Part shown: positions 20,197 through 31,424 of the stretch, piece after piece
Layout: each line of letters starts with the position of its first letter
How positions within the stretch are numbered: the first letter of the stretch is position 1
Origin: Naegleria gruberi
Lineage: Eukaryota
Direction: 5' to 3' (one strand)
Length of the DNA stretch: 64,000 nucleotides
NCBI GenBank assembly: GCA_000004985.1
Contig: GG738886.1
Position numbers and translations under genes: made by a program
The notes under the pieces: generated by a model
What the model saw: the letters and a program-made list of their open reading frames with translations, nothing else
Told to the model about the DNA's origin: nothing
Database searches by the model: none

Positions 20197-22896
20197 ATGA
20201 TGAACCTACACTTTATTCGGAGGGGACTTTCTCCTCATCAGAACCAACAACATACTTCTGGTAGTGCGAGTAATAGCCAACAATCAAATAATAGCAAACA
20301 AACACCAAATAATAGCATGAGTAATACGAGTAATATGAATTATAGTACAAACCAACATTCTAATTCTTCTTCCTCATCTTGTAGGAAGAGAACTTTGGAG
20401 TATAGTATCGATCTGGATGATTTACCTTCTCCTCCATCCTTATTTTCCTCTGCTTCTTTAATAGCCACAATGAATGCAGTTACCATGATGAATACTAATG
20501 AAACTCTAAAACAATCATCACCCGAAGACGATCAAAAAGCTTCAATAGAGAATGTTATCATGTCCGATGATCCAAATGAAGAACAGCAACAAGAAGAAGA
20601 GGAAATAATCATTTCTCAAACTGATGATGAACCAATCCTTAAAACACAATTCCCACCCTTTTCAATAGTAACAAGTTTGAAAAAAAATGATTCATTAGGG
20701 GATAGTGAGAGTGAGGATGATGGAGAATATGAAGATTCTAATGATGAAGATGAATTGAGGGAGTTTTCAATTAAACAAGTCGAACAATCGACTAAGAAGA
20801 GAAAATTAAATATTGTAAATAAGGAGGATAATAGAAAATCGGAACAGTTAGAGGATAATTCAAAACCAATCATGCTCTTGACTCAATTACCTCCAATGTC
20901 AACATGTGAGGCAAAACAAGAAGACATTACTGTAGTGGTAGAACACCCTATTGATGAAGAAGAGTTTCTAAATAATGCAACAGTCCCTCAGGAGAATGAG
21001 ATGATCAAATCTTTGGAGGATAATATTATTGAGGAACTTGCATTTACTCCAGATCAAGAAAATAACATTGAGAATTTATCCCAAATTCCAAAATTGGAAA
21101 ATAATAGGCAATTAGAGGAAGATTTTGATATTCATGTTGACTTACACGAGTTGGATTATGAATTTTCGAATAATACAGAACCAGCCCAAAAACCAGAAGA
21201 ATCAATTCAAGCTAAGAAGGTTCTTGTTGACATTTCCGTTCAAACTGATAACAGTCTCCTTCCAAAACCTGTACAAATTGTAAATAGCGATCCAAATAAT
21301 ATCTGTTCCATTTGCTTAAGTGCATGGAGCAGTACTGGACTACATCAAGTGTGCTGCCTTTCGTGTGGCCATCTTTTTGGTAAGAATTGCATTGAGAAAT
21401 GGTTGAAAAAAAACTCTACATGTCCAAAATGTAAAAAATCTGCAGATAGAAGTCATATTAGATTACTCTATGTGGACAATATTCATGCCATAGATACACA
21501 AAAAGTTGAAGATTTAGAGAGTAGATTGGAAGCAGAAGTTAAAGCACGAAAAGAGCTGGAGGTAATCAAAAATGGTCTCGAATTGAGAATTAAAATGCTT
21601 TTAGAGCAGAAAGGAGGTGAGAATTTTGCAGAGAACCCTTCATCTTCCCCCCCTAACAACAAGGGTGTTCAACACCGTTCAAGCTCAGAATCAGACACCA
21701 ATAAGAGGAAATCATTGATTCAACGATCGTTAGAACTTGCAGAAAGAAAAAAGAAAGAGTTTGATTTAATGAATTCTGAAGAGGAGGAAGTTACAAGAAA
21801 CATTGTCTGTTACAATGGGAAATCAAAAAATCAACAATCCAGAAAAAAGAACACCTATCTATATGGATCGAATGGAGCTAATAAGCTTCTATTCAATACT
21901 CCACTTGAAAATTCTGGCTTGATAGAAATTAGCAACAATCAAGTATTTATATCTTTTGAAAGAAGGGATAAAATGTGTGGATTTTATGTTGCTGGATTGG
22001 AAAGATTAATGAGTAATCCATCCATAATTAATCAGGCAAGGAAAGTAATGCATAATTCACCAATATCAGATATCAAACCACTCTATCTTCTTTCACCCAA
22101 CAATTCTAAAGGTTACTCTATTGAATATATGCAATCTAACCTTATTTTAACTTCCTCACAAGATAAATCAATGAGAATTACTGATCTACGACAAGGAACA
22201 GCGGACTCTATATGTTTTTTCCCTTATCTATCAACCAATAGAGAAGGTTTATCAACATCTATTACTTGTTGTGAATGGAATAGAACCAATTCAAACTATT
22301 GTTTTGCAGGACTATCATCAGGTTCAATTCTATGTTACGATACTAGAAAACCAAGTGAACCTTTTTTAAATACTGGGGATCATTCATGTTCTCCACATAC
22401 AATGTTTCACATACCCAACAAGGGCCTAGTAGTAGGCTCAAATAATTCCATTACCTACTATGATGAAAATCAATATGGTTATACAAAGGGACATAATTTA
22501 TTTAATAAGGAAGTTTCTTCATTCTACTTTAATACTTCAAATGATACCCTTTTATTCACATGCAGGGAATCATCAAAATCATCTCAATTACATATATTCA
22601 CTCTTGAAAGCAATCAACATGTGAATTGTTTAGAGAGTATCAGTATCAATCACAAAGGACCAAAACTAGGAAGGCCATATGTCTCAGATAATGGTCAAAA
22701 CTTTCTTTCCACAATAGCAGTTCCAAAGCCAGATGATTTTTCTGTAGAAATTTGGAAATCTCAAACAGATCAGGACTATTCATTTAAGGGTGATATCAAA
22801 TTACAATCTAGCACTGAAATTATTCAAAGTTGTGCCCTGTCATTTAATAATCTGTTTGTTGTTACAAAAGACAATCTTAGTGCATACTTGGTTTAA
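20146..22896 (+). CDS. RING-finger, coiled-coil and WD40-like E3 ligase with RFWD3-like architecture. The first ATG is at 20197.
   Basis: RING-H2-like CSICLSAWSSTGLHQVCCLSCGHLFGKNCIEKWLKKNSTCPKCK. An acidic S/N-rich N-terminal half. A coiled-coil stretch EDLESRLEAEVKARKELEVIKNGLELRIKML. A C-terminal region with WD-like beta-propeller character. Confidence 0.55.
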   Translation: MARKKCSTIHKNLEKKDMMNLHFIRRGLSPHQNQQHTSGSASNSQQSNNSKQTPNNSMSNTSNMNYSTNQHSNSSSSSCRKRTLEYSIDLDDLPSPPSLFSSASLIATMNAVTMMNTNETLKQSSPEDDQKASIENVIMSDDPNEEQQQEEEEIIISQTDDEPILKTQFPPFSIVTSLKKNDSLGDSESEDDGEYEDSNDEDELREFSIKQVEQSTKKRKLNIVNKEDNRKSEQLEDNSKPIMLLTQLPPMSTCEAKQEDITVVVEHPIDEEEFLNNATVPQENEMIKSLEDNIIEELAFTPDQENNIENLSQIPKLENNRQLEEDFDIHVDLHELDYEFSNNTEPAQKPEESIQAKKVLVDISVQTDNSLLPKPVQIVNSDPNNICSICLSAWSSTGLHQVCCLSCGHLFGKNCIEKWLKKNSTCPKCKKSADRSHIRLLYVDNIHAIDTQKVEDLESRLEAEVKARKELEVIKNGLELRIKMLLEQKGGENFAENPSSSPPNNKGVQHRSSSESDTNKRKSLIQRSLELAERKKKEFDLMNSEEEEVTRNIVCYNGKSKNQQSRKKNTYLYGSNGANKLLFNTPLENSGLIEISNNQVFISFERRDKMCGFYVAGLERLMSNPSIINQARKVMHNSPISDIKPLYLLSPNNSKGYSIEYMQSNLILTSSQDKSMRITDLRQGTADSICFFPYLSTNREGLSTSITCCEWNRTNSNYCFAGLSSGSILCYDTRKPSEPFLNTGDHSCSPHTMFHIPNKGLVVGSNNSITYYDENQYGYTKGHNLFNKEVSSFYFNTSNDTLLFTCRESSKSSQLHIFTLESNQHVNCLESISINHKGPKLGRPYVSDNGQNFLSTIAVPKPDDFSVEIWKSQTDQDYSFKGDIKLQSSTEIIQSCALSFNNLFVVTKDNLSAYLV

Positions 22897-22941
22897 ATGC
22901 TTGCAATACCGTTTATTAGCATCTTGTCTGGGTTAATAAAA

Positions 22942-24906
22942 TTATTTAATATCCAGGTTTGGAGTTTCAACTCGTGCGTTTGCCAAATTCTCTATACATT
23001 CCAAATGGTAAGATACAAAATTGTAAACTGATGGATCAGTAACTTTCAAACTTTCAATACTTTCTTTAAACTCTTTAAATTCTCCAAGAAGTGGTGTTAA
23101 TTCATCCTTTGATTTTAAAAGTACGGCCTTACACAAAAGTTTTTGTAAAAAAACTCTTGGATCCTGTTTGTACTTTTCAATATAAATATCAATTTTTTCA
23201 AGACATTGATCAGCAAGTCCTAAATCAACCATACAATTAGTTGCACCGAAAAATGCTTCCACAACAATATTCTTGTTGTGAAGGTCAAAATCATATTGGT
23301 CTACTGTAGCATAGGCTTCAATAGCCGATTCATACATGCCACAAGAGTGATAACATACACCTTGATTCATATATAAAATAGGAATATTTGGATGTCTCGA
23401 ATATAGTTCTGTTTGGCTTGAGTAATACAGCCCATTGTTGCCATGCATTTGGCTAGCCTCTACTGAATCAGCAGTTTTTGAGGCCCTAGCATAAACATGG
23501 GCCAATAATAGAGAAATTGGTGTGAATTTGAGATCATTGATCCTCTCCACTTGTTGTTTTGACTCCACTTCTGAAAATTGATTTTTGGAAATATTTGGAT
23601 ATGGAAGCATTGGCATTGTTGAAAGTATCTGAAGTGCCTTCTCTAAATGTGAAATTGCTACCAAGTAATGTTCATTGGCTTGGCTTTCTTGTGTGTATTG
23701 TAAGGTTTGGGCTGTTGCAGTCACACTGTAGGCATACAAGTAGTGAAGATAGATATTTTCTGGTTCTGCATTCACACATTCTTCCAGGATATCCAAAATG
23801 GCTTCTCTGTTTACAGTGTCAAACTTGGCATTTAACTCGGTTGTAGCCTTAATGGCTCTGATAAAATTTCCAAGATGTATTGGCATATCTGTTTCAACAT
23901 CCTCAAACCAATCAAATTCCTCCTCTGAAAATGTTCTATCCAGGTAGGAAAATGCATTCTGATGAGCATTATTTTTCAAAGTATCCATATCAGTAATTTG
24001 CTTGGCATTAGTGTATGCATTCTTAGTAATCTCATAGGCAGAGCTTAACGATTCTGCATAGTTGCACAACTCGTTGAGATCACCTGGACCACCTCTAATT
24101 CTAAAAAAGACAAAAAAGCAGGCAGCAATTAATGATTCCTTTGTAGAAAGATTGATATTTTGAATTTGTGGCACAAAAGCAGAGTTGGACAATTGTGCTT
24201 CATAAATGGAAAATAATAAAAGAGTGTCATCTACTTTGGAACCAGTAGGATACAAGTATCTGAATGGTTCTACACTTGCCTCTGGATTGAATGCTCTTTG
24301 TAACTCTTCGAGAGAGAACCATTCTTGATTAACACCTTTCAAAAGCAATAGTTCAACCTTTTTCATGAGAATGTAACTCTTCATACCAATACTCGAATTG
24401 TAAAATTTAGTGTTGGTTGAATCAGCTCTTGGAACTGTTTGATGGCAATAGGATATTAACTTTAAAATTTCATCAAATAATCCAGAACCTTGAAAAGTTT
24501 GATCGGGATGATTAATTCTATTTTGCATAATAAAACTGGTAATTTGTTTAAATGTATTATCCAAAAATTGATAATTTTCCAATAATTCTGCTTCTTCTTG
24601 AATACTTAATGTGTTATTGTTATTAGAATCAGAAAGATTTTTGGATGAGAAGGAGAATGATCTTTTTGTTATATTGTCATTATGAAGATTAAAAATTGAT
24701 ACTTTTCCTTCCTGACAATGATGATTAATCCATGATGATGATGATAAATTTCTGCTACAATAATTAGAGAAAGATGATGATTGCGCTGGTATTATCTTTT
24801 TGAAAATATTTCTTCTTATCAGTGAAGCTGATGATGAACAAGTAGAAGTAGTAATATTCCGATGTTGATGTAATAATAAATTTCTAACGAGTTGTTGTTT
24901 CTTCAT
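22942..24906 (-). CDS. Hypothetical helical-repeat (TPR-like) protein of 654 aa, possibly organellar.
   Basis: Single ORF. The N-terminus is basic and Ser-rich, resembling a presequence. Helical-repeat character throughout. Confidence 0.4.
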   Translation of the reverse strand: MKKQQLVRNLLLHQHRNITTSTCSSSASLIRRNIFKKIIPAQSSSFSNYCSRNLSSSSWINHHCQEGKVSIFNLHNDNITKRSFSFSSKNLSDSNNNNTLSIQEEAELLENYQFLDNTFKQITSFIMQNRINHPDQTFQGSGLFDEILKLISYCHQTVPRADSTNTKFYNSSIGMKSYILMKKVELLLLKGVNQEWFSLEELQRAFNPEASVEPFRYLYPTGSKVDDTLLLFSIYEAQLSNSAFVPQIQNINLSTKESLIAACFFVFFRIRGGPGDLNELCNYAESLSSAYEITKNAYTNAKQITDMDTLKNNAHQNAFSYLDRTFSEEEFDWFEDVETDMPIHLGNFIRAIKATTELNAKFDTVNREAILDILEECVNAEPENIYLHYLYAYSVTATAQTLQYTQESQANEHYLVAISHLEKALQILSTMPMLPYPNISKNQFSEVESKQQVERINDLKFTPISLLLAHVYARASKTADSVEASQMHGNNGLYYSSQTELYSRHPNIPILYMNQGVCYHSCGMYESAIEAYATVDQYDFDLHNKNIVVEAFFGATNCMVDLGLADQCLEKIDIYIEKYKQDPRVFLQKLLCKAVLLKSKDELTPLLGEFKEFKESIESLKVTDPSVYNFVSYHLECIENLANARVETPNLDIK

Positions 24907-25267
24907 TTTTTTTTCTTTAAAGAAGCCTTTTTTGTAGTTTACATTATTTACTGTAATGATGTTAAATAGTTATTTTTCTTTACAATAAATATTTAACATT
25001 ACAGTAGCTTACTTTGTTAACAACAACGTTTGTGGTTCAACTATGTGTGAAAAACAGCATCTTTGATATTCACACACCGATTCTTTAACAAACCGATGAG
25101 GACGTACTTTCTGCATAGTTTCTACGTGCTCTTTCTTCCTCTTCGTCCTCAATATACAAATTAGTAAATATGGCGCCAAAATGAAAAACACATAAATGCA
25201 AGGTCATGACACCTGTGAACCACACAAGAAATACAAAACAACAATCAAAAAAATAACATTAAACAAA

Positions 25268-26292
25268 ATGGTCAAGGTCCTCGTTCTTTTCTACTCTACT
25301 TATGGTCACATCTGGCAAATGGCTGGTTCGTATCTAGATTCAATGAATATAATTTATTAATCAATATTTTTCAAATAATTGCTCAACTTTTTTGATGTTA
25401 AAATTATAATAATAATAATTATTAATACAAAAACAACTCAATTTGATATTTTTTAACATTGAAATAATTAGAGGCTATTGCTGAAGGTGCTAGACAAGTT
25501 GAAGGTGCTGAAGTTGTTGTCAAGAGAGTCCCAGAAACTCTCCCAACTGAAGTCTTGGAAAAGATGTACGCTGTTGATGCTCAAAAGGCCTTTGCTCACA
25601 TTCCAGTTGTATGTATTGATATAGTTATAATTACATATTTATTAACTTGAAATCATTCAATTTTTTTTGATTGACCATCTTGTTATTGAACTACTCATTA
25701 ACATTATCAAAATAATATGAAAAATAATAGGCTACTACTGAAGAGCTCCCATCCTATGACGCTATCATCCTCGGTTCACCAACTAGATTCGGTACTATGG
25801 CTGGTCAATTGAAATCCTTCTTGGATGCTACTGGTGGTCTCTGGGCTACTGGTGCTTTGGTTGGTAAGGTTGGTTCCTTCTTTACTTCTAGTGCTACACA
25901 ACACGGAGGAAATGAAACAACCATTATTTCATCTATCCCAGGTTCGTATTTTTATACTATATTTGGTAATAACCATTTTAACTTTATTTGAATTATTTCA
26001 TTTATCAACAGTCTTCCTTCACCACGGAATGGTCTATGCTGGTTTGCCTTACTCTTGTGCCACTCAAATGGGTTTGGACGAAATTAAGGGAGGTTCACCA
26101 TACGGTGCTACTACCATTGGTATGTTTTGAATTATGTTGAGTTTTATTAATATTTATTAATCAATTATTTTACTGAAATAATCTGAAACAGCTGGTGGAA
26201 AGGGTGAAAGATTACCATCTGACCAAGAAAAGGAAATGGCTAGATTCCAAGGAAAGCACGTTGCTACTCTTGCTAAGAAGTTGTCCCAATAA
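25268..26292 (+). CDS. WrbA-type NAD(P)H:quinone oxidoreductase (flavodoxin-like) in five exons: 25268..25325, 25472..25608, 25731..25941, 26012..26119 and 26191..26292.
   Basis: Spliced protein [44 protein letters not shown]...[31 protein letters not shown]...[11 protein letters not shown]...[13 protein letters not shown]...[13 protein letters not shown] is colinear with bacterial and fungal WrbA. All four introns are GT..AG (GTTCGT, GTATGT, GTTCGT, GTATGT). Codon usage looks like a highly expressed gene. Confidence 0.8.
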
Positions 26293-26802
26293 TTTATCAA
26301 TTTTAATTTATTAAAGATTTAATTTTTAATCTCAATATATGATGAATCAAAGATTTTTAATCTCAAAAAATTATTCAACTGAGCTTTAATTTGTTGGAAA
26401 TCAAAGTGCATTCGGCATCATTTCTCTCCGAAGATACACCTCTCTTCATTTCTTGCATGAATATTTTATTAAGAATCAATTGTAATGCCTAAATCCATTC
26501 ATTCAACAATGAATTCTTCATTCATTTATATAAATTATTATCATTTAACTTGTTCTGACTTAGATTACGTTCTAGATTTCCAACAAAGTAGCATCTGCAT
26601 TCTAGATGATAAGCATTACAATTATAGTACATCCACATTTCAAGTATCAGATTACAACTATTTGTTAAAGTAACTTACAAGGAGAAAATCATCTCAATAG
26701 CATTACATGACATTTGGTTGATTTTATATGAATGCATGAATAAACATTCCATTCTTGGACGAACCATTGATTGTGTGAATGTAGCAAAATCAATGATTTA
26801 TT

Positions 26803-28020
26803 TCACACTTGTATGATTGGTGCTGTATTGGTTGTTGTGATAATAGTTGTGGTCTTTAATTGCACAACCTTGGAATCTGATTTTAAATCTTCTTCACTTA
26901 CAAAATCCATATTTGCCTGTTGCAATAAATATTCCTCTCTTGCTCTAACTCTAATGCAGTACCATCTCAATAAAACCAGAACAATACAGCTAATGAATGA
27001 TACACTGAACAGGAAGAGCGTGAGGGTAATATAAATAATGAGCTCATCTGATAGGGCTGCACATGGCCATCCAATGGGTTGAACAGCAATCCTTGTTGCC
27101 CTACCACATGATGCAAAAGCTCTCCATTCTAAATTCAAATGATTTGACATGAGTTCAGTGAATACCTGTCCACCTCCATACCAACTCACAGTTGAGGTAG
27201 TTACCAAAATTTTGTAACTACAATTCGAACCCTTCACACAATAATAATCAACTGGAATGTTTTTAACTGTTTGATGTTCATAGAATGGTGAAAATACTAC
27301 ACTGCTCTGAATGGGTGAGTGACAAATAACTCTTTCTAATGGAAATGATTCCTCAATCTTGATATTAAACGTCACTACATTCATTGAAGATAAAACCAAT
27401 ACAATTTTTTTTCCTAATTTAGGAATGGCTTGTAAGGATATTTCAACCTTACTAGCGTCTTCATTCCCAACCGAGACGAATAATAATTGGGTATCCCTTG
27501 TATCATTGTTACTTTCTATATTCTCCTGGAAAGCCATTGATTCACTTGTTGTGCAGGCAAGACAAAATTGAGTATTCAATTCAGGAATTATGTAAGCAGA
27601 AGGTTGTTCCGAATATGAAGCAGTTGATGATAATTCCTTTCCTACTACCATGCCAATACCACTATTTAAAACCAGTATTATCATACATAAACATAATATA
27701 CAAATTATTTGATAGAGTTGATGAAGTGATATGGAAGATAATGTTTCTATTATTATCATTATTAGAGGATTATTTTTCCTCTCCACTTCCACTACTGTAT
27801 TTGCATTCTTTTGCTTATTAATTGTTTCATAACGATTCTTCTGGTTATAATTAGTATTAGTGGTGATGATGATTGTCTGATGATGATTATTCATTGACAA
27901 TTCCCGTTTTTTGGTAACGTTAGATTTCGAGACTGTTTTTTCTCCTGACATTGAATCATCATCATTGTTGAAACATTCCATCCAACAAGTGGTGTACCTA
28001 CTAGTAGTACAACGGAACAT
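26803..28020 (-). CDS. Hypothetical membrane protein of 405 aa, with one internal and one C-terminal hydrophobic segment.
   Basis: Single ORF. Hydrophobic stretches IICILCLCMIILVLNSGIGMVVG and LTLFLFSVSFISCIVLVLL. Confidence 0.35.
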   Translation of the reverse strand: MFRCTTSRYTTCWMECFNNDDDSMSGEKTVSKSNVTKKRELSMNNHHQTIIITTNTNYNQKNRYETINKQKNANTVVEVERKNNPLIMIIIETLSSISLHQLYQIICILCLCMIILVLNSGIGMVVGKELSSTASYSEQPSAYIIPELNTQFCLACTTSESMAFQENIESNNDTRDTQLLFVSVGNEDASKVEISLQAIPKLGKKIVLVLSSMNVVTFNIKIEESFPLERVICHSPIQSSVVFSPFYEHQTVKNIPVDYYCVKGSNCSYKILVTTSTVSWYGGGQVFTELMSNHLNLEWRAFASCGRATRIAVQPIGWPCAALSDELIIYITLTLFLFSVSFISCIVLVLLRWYCIRVRAREEYLLQQANMDFVSEEDLKSDSKVVQLKTTTIITTTNTAPIIQV

Positions 28021-29015
28021 GTTGCTGTTAATTCAGGTAATAAAAAGGAGTTTGGAGTTTGGATGAGTGAATATTCTACGTATACGTTGATAATGAAAAA
28101 AACCCGCCTTGATGATTTACAGTAGAGACTCCACAACTTTTGATCGAAGGCTTTGCGTTGTTGTGTGTCCTGTTGATTTGATGACTGTTTGATCAAAAAA
28201 TGTTGTGATGATGAATTGATGAATAGAAATTTCTTGTACTGGAGATGAAATATTGAAAATGGTGGTTCGGATTCTTTGTGGATCTAATAATAATAATATT
28301 ATCTGTTGTTGAATATGAGAAGAACTATTCGTTTGTTTTTTTCATTATTGAACCATCACGTCTCATCTGTGATTCTCCAGCAAACAATGGTACATGATGG
28401 AAACACTTGATATGTTGTGTGGTGATGCACTGTTACATATTGTTCATAATATTGCAAATTGGAAGGTTATGATAATTAGCAGAGAAATCAATCAAATTTC
28501 GTCTAATCACTTTGGAAATGGATGGATAAAGCGGCCAATAAAATAGTAGATCTTCTATTCATTGACAATGTTTACAGTTAAGGGAACTGTAGATTCATTT
28601 GTTGGAATTGTAATGTCTTGTAAAATTGAATAATTTGAGAATAGTTGGAAGTTTGAAATAACTATTGACAAGACACTTCTTAATTAGGTGAAGAACTTTT
28701 ATTTACCAAGCGAAACGTTGTATTTATTGTTGTTTGCGAGCATTTTCCTTAAATCCAAATTCTCTTTAGTATCCATTGAAAGCAACTCTTTATTCCAATC
28801 TTATTTCTTAGTTCAAAAATTTGAAAATGCACTGAATAGTCTACATCTTTTTACGGAATTAGGAAATAATAAGACATTATATTTTTAGAGGGATAATTTG
28901 TTGAAAAATATTAATTTTCCTATTTGAAAAATAACTATATCAAGTTGTTTACTTAAATGGCTAAAGTCAAGCCTCATTACTCTCTTTTAATAAACCTTAA
29001 CTTAAGATTGTGAAT

Positions 29016-29134
29016 GGCTACGGCCATATCACGATGAATGCACCTCATCCCGTCCGATTTGAGAAGTTAAGCATCGTCGAGCCACATCAGTACTGAGGTT
29101 GGAGACAACTTGGGAACCTGTGGTGCTGTAGTCT
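29016..29134 (+). rRNA. 5S ribosomal RNA gene, copy 1, 119 nt.
   Basis: GGCTACGGCCATATCACGATGAATGCACCTCATCCCGTCCGATTTGAGAAGTTAAGCATCGTCGAGCCACATCAGTACTGAGGTTGGAGACAACTTGGGAACCTGTGGTGCTGTAGTCT. It carries canonical 5S helices and a box C-like CCGTCCGAT. A T4 Pol III terminator follows immediately. Confidence 0.9.
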
Positions 29135-29138
29135 TTTA
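29135..29138 (+). terminator. Pol III oligo-T terminator of 5S copy 1.
   Basis: A TTTT run directly abuts the 5S 3' end. Confidence 0.4.
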
Positions 29139-29289
29139 ATCTTAGATAAATCAACAGGATTCAAATTGTGCGTATTGAGCTTGAGAGGTTATAAATAACA
29201 TTATGAACTATTGTAAATATTGTGTGAATGATTTAGGTTTTATTTACAATGATTTGCCTAGGTTTACAACATTTTGAGTTAAATGGAGA

Positions 29290-29505
29290 TTACCACTTTT
29301 TGAATTGTTTGTTTCTCATTTCTAAAGTATTATGTGATTGAGATTTGGAAGTTTTGCTTGTTTCACTTCCAATAGAATTCAATGTTTTGTAATCAATTAA
29401 ATTTCTTTTTCTTGTTCCACCCACAATATTATCCAGAGAAATTTCGGAAATAAATTGTGAAGTGTTATTGGAGGAATTATACATATTTCTTCTTGTTGAG
29501 ACCAT
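29290..29505 (-). CDS. Small basic ORF of 71 aa, with a paralogous motif shared by the divergent ORF at 29457..29864.
   Basis: LDNIVGGTRKRNLIDYKTLNSIG on the minus strand matches IISGTRHRNNIDYHHANLNGKQ on the plus strand. Support is weak beyond this pairing. Confidence 0.25.
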   Translation of the reverse strand: MVSTRRNMYNSSNNTSQFISEISLDNIVGGTRKRNLIDYKTLNSIGSETSKTSKSQSHNTLEMRNKQFKKW

Positions 29506-29864
29506 TTTCTTATTGTTATTTTGTTTTGTTGGGGAAATTTCATCATCCGATCAACAGTTATTTATTTCCAGCTAGAAATGCTTCATCAAATTCTTCAAAT
29601 TCTTCCGAAGATAGAATTCCAACTAAAACACAATGGACAAGATCTAAACCAATTGATTTATCTAAAAGATTACCATTATTTGATATTGATACTTCTAATA
29701 TTATAAGTGGAACTAGACATCGTAATAATATTGATTATCATCATGCAAATTTAAATGGTAAACAAATTTCAGTGAAAAGATCTTCGAAAAATTCAATTGA
29801 AAAGAGAGCTAAACAACAATCGAACACCACAACTAAGAAGATTACCAAATCGAAAAAGATGTAA
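29457..29864 (+). CDS. Small basic Ser/Lys-rich ORF of 135 aa, paralogous to 29290..29505.
   Basis: Shares a GTR[HK]RN[NL]IDY motif with the inverted neighbour. The two ORFs overlap at their 5' ends. Confidence 0.25.
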   Translation: MKCYWRNYTYFFLLRPFSYCYFVLLGKFHHPINSYLFPARNASSNSSNSSEDRIPTKTQWTRSKPIDLSKRLPLFDIDTSNIISGTRHRNNIDYHHANLNGKQISVKRSSKNSIEKRAKQQSNTTTKKITKSKKM

Positions 29865-30248
29865 ATTACAACTTGTAAATAATTCAGTAAATTGTAAATA
29901 AAATAATTTGTTTTGAAATAGATGAAGTTTCAATTTAGAATTGATCAGAATATGAGAAACCAAAATTTGGATCAAGCAATTCACATGTCTAATGTTCAAT
30001 AAATTTGAGGTTGATCAACCTTTTCAATTTCTTCAACAACCTGTTATTTGAACACAACAAGATTCGTCCAGAACTCTTGCCTTCACTGTTCATACAGTCA
30101 AAGACTGTAGCGGGATAGTCGCCATATTCCTGGCAGGCTTCCCGTCTAAATTAACAATTGAAAGACAAACAACAAAATCTTATTTACTTGAACTCTTTAA
30201 CTTATTCCTTCATTTTTTCAATTTATTTATTATTCATTGTATTAAGGC

Positions 30249-30320
30249 AATAAATGGCTACGGTATATCGATTCATAGAGTTAAACATTGATTTTGAGTG
30301 ATGAATAGCTGTACCCAAAC
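30249..30320 (+). pseudogene. Degenerate 5S rRNA-like fragment.
   Basis: It starts with AATGGCTACGG, the same upstream context as both intact copies, then diverges. Scattered matches remain: GATTTTGAG versus GATTTGAGAAG, and GTTAAAC versus GTTAAGC. Confidence 0.3.
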
Positions 30321-30616
30321 CATTTTACAAGTATTAAATTTTTCCAATAATCACCTTTTAAATTCAAAACCATTAAGAGTCAAATTGCATTCAATTCACG
30401 AACAACAAGTTAAAATTCATTATTGCATGTACAGCTTAAGCAATACTTACTAAACATGAACCAAATTTGTGTCCAGAAACAAAAATCGGTTCATTGAAAG
30501 AATTTCTTTGCAGAAGAACTACTTTCTAAAAATATATACATCTCAAAACAATATAAAAAGCAAGGAACTGTTTTGAATTCAAGAAAAACAATAAGAAAAA
30601 CAAGACAACAAACACA

Positions 30617-31075
30617 ATGCAATTATTTGTCAAGACACTCACTGGAAGAACTATCACTTTGGAGGTTGAATCTAATGATTCAATTGAAAACGTGAAAAGA
30701 AAAGTACAAGATAAGGAAGGAATTTCACCAGATCAACAAAGACTCATCTTTGCTGGGAAACAATTGGAAGATGGCAGAACTATTAATGATTACAACATTC
30801 AAAAAGATTCAACTCTTCATTTGGTGTTGAGATTAAGAGGAGGAATGCAACTTTTTGTAAAAACTTTAACTGGAAAGACAATCACTATTGAAATGGAATC
30901 GAATGATACTGTTGAGAATATGAAACAAAAGATATTTGATAAGGAAGGTATTCCTTCAGATCAACAACGATTGATTTATGCCGGTAAGCAATTGGAAGAT
31001 GGAAGAACTATTGGTGATTACAATCTTCAAAAGGATTCAACTGTGCATTTAGTATTGAGATTGAGAGGTGGTTAA
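30617..31075 (+). CDS. Di-ubiquitin: two head-to-tail ubiquitin-fold repeats ending in GG. Both repeats diverge from canonical ubiquitin.
   Basis: [76 protein letters not shown] plus a second repeat. About 11 and 17 substitutions against canonical ubiquitin. K48, K63 and the C-terminal GG are retained. Confidence 0.8.
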   Translation: MQLFVKTLTGRTITLEVESNDSIENVKRKVQDKEGISPDQQRLIFAGKQLEDGRTINDYNIQKDSTLHLVLRLRGGMQLFVKTLTGKTITIEMESNDTVENMKQKIFDKEGIPSDQQRLIYAGKQLEDGRTIGDYNLQKDSTVHLVLRLRGG

Positions 31076-31300
31076 GTTTGCAAAATATCATAGATTCTTT
31101 CAATTATTGTCAATAAATTATTCATTGAATAGCGTATTCTTGTATGAGTATAATTTATAAATCAATTGATAATAAACAAAAACAAGTCGATTGTAACTTA
31201 TACGTACTCAATTTTACATTTATTTTTCAATGCAGTTCAGAAATTTCAGAGGGAAACAAGGGTTGAACCGATTCAAGTTTCACAATTTAAGATGATTAAT

Positions 31301-31419
31301 GGCTACGGCCATATCACGATGAATGCACCTCATCCCGTCCGATTTGAGAAGTTAAGCATCGTAGAGCCACATCAGTACTGAGGTTGGAGACAACTTGGGA
31401 ACCTGTGGTGCTGTAGTCT
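31301..31419 (+). rRNA. 5S ribosomal RNA gene, copy 2, 119 nt, with one substitution relative to copy 1.
   Basis: Identical to copy 1 except C>A at GTAGAGCC. About 15 nt upstream and about 30 nt downstream are also conserved between copies. T5 terminator. Confidence 0.9.
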
Positions 31420-31424
31420 TTTTA
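31420..31424 (+). terminator. Pol III oligo-T terminator of 5S copy 2.
   Basis: A TTTTT run abuts the 5S 3' end. Confidence 0.4.
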
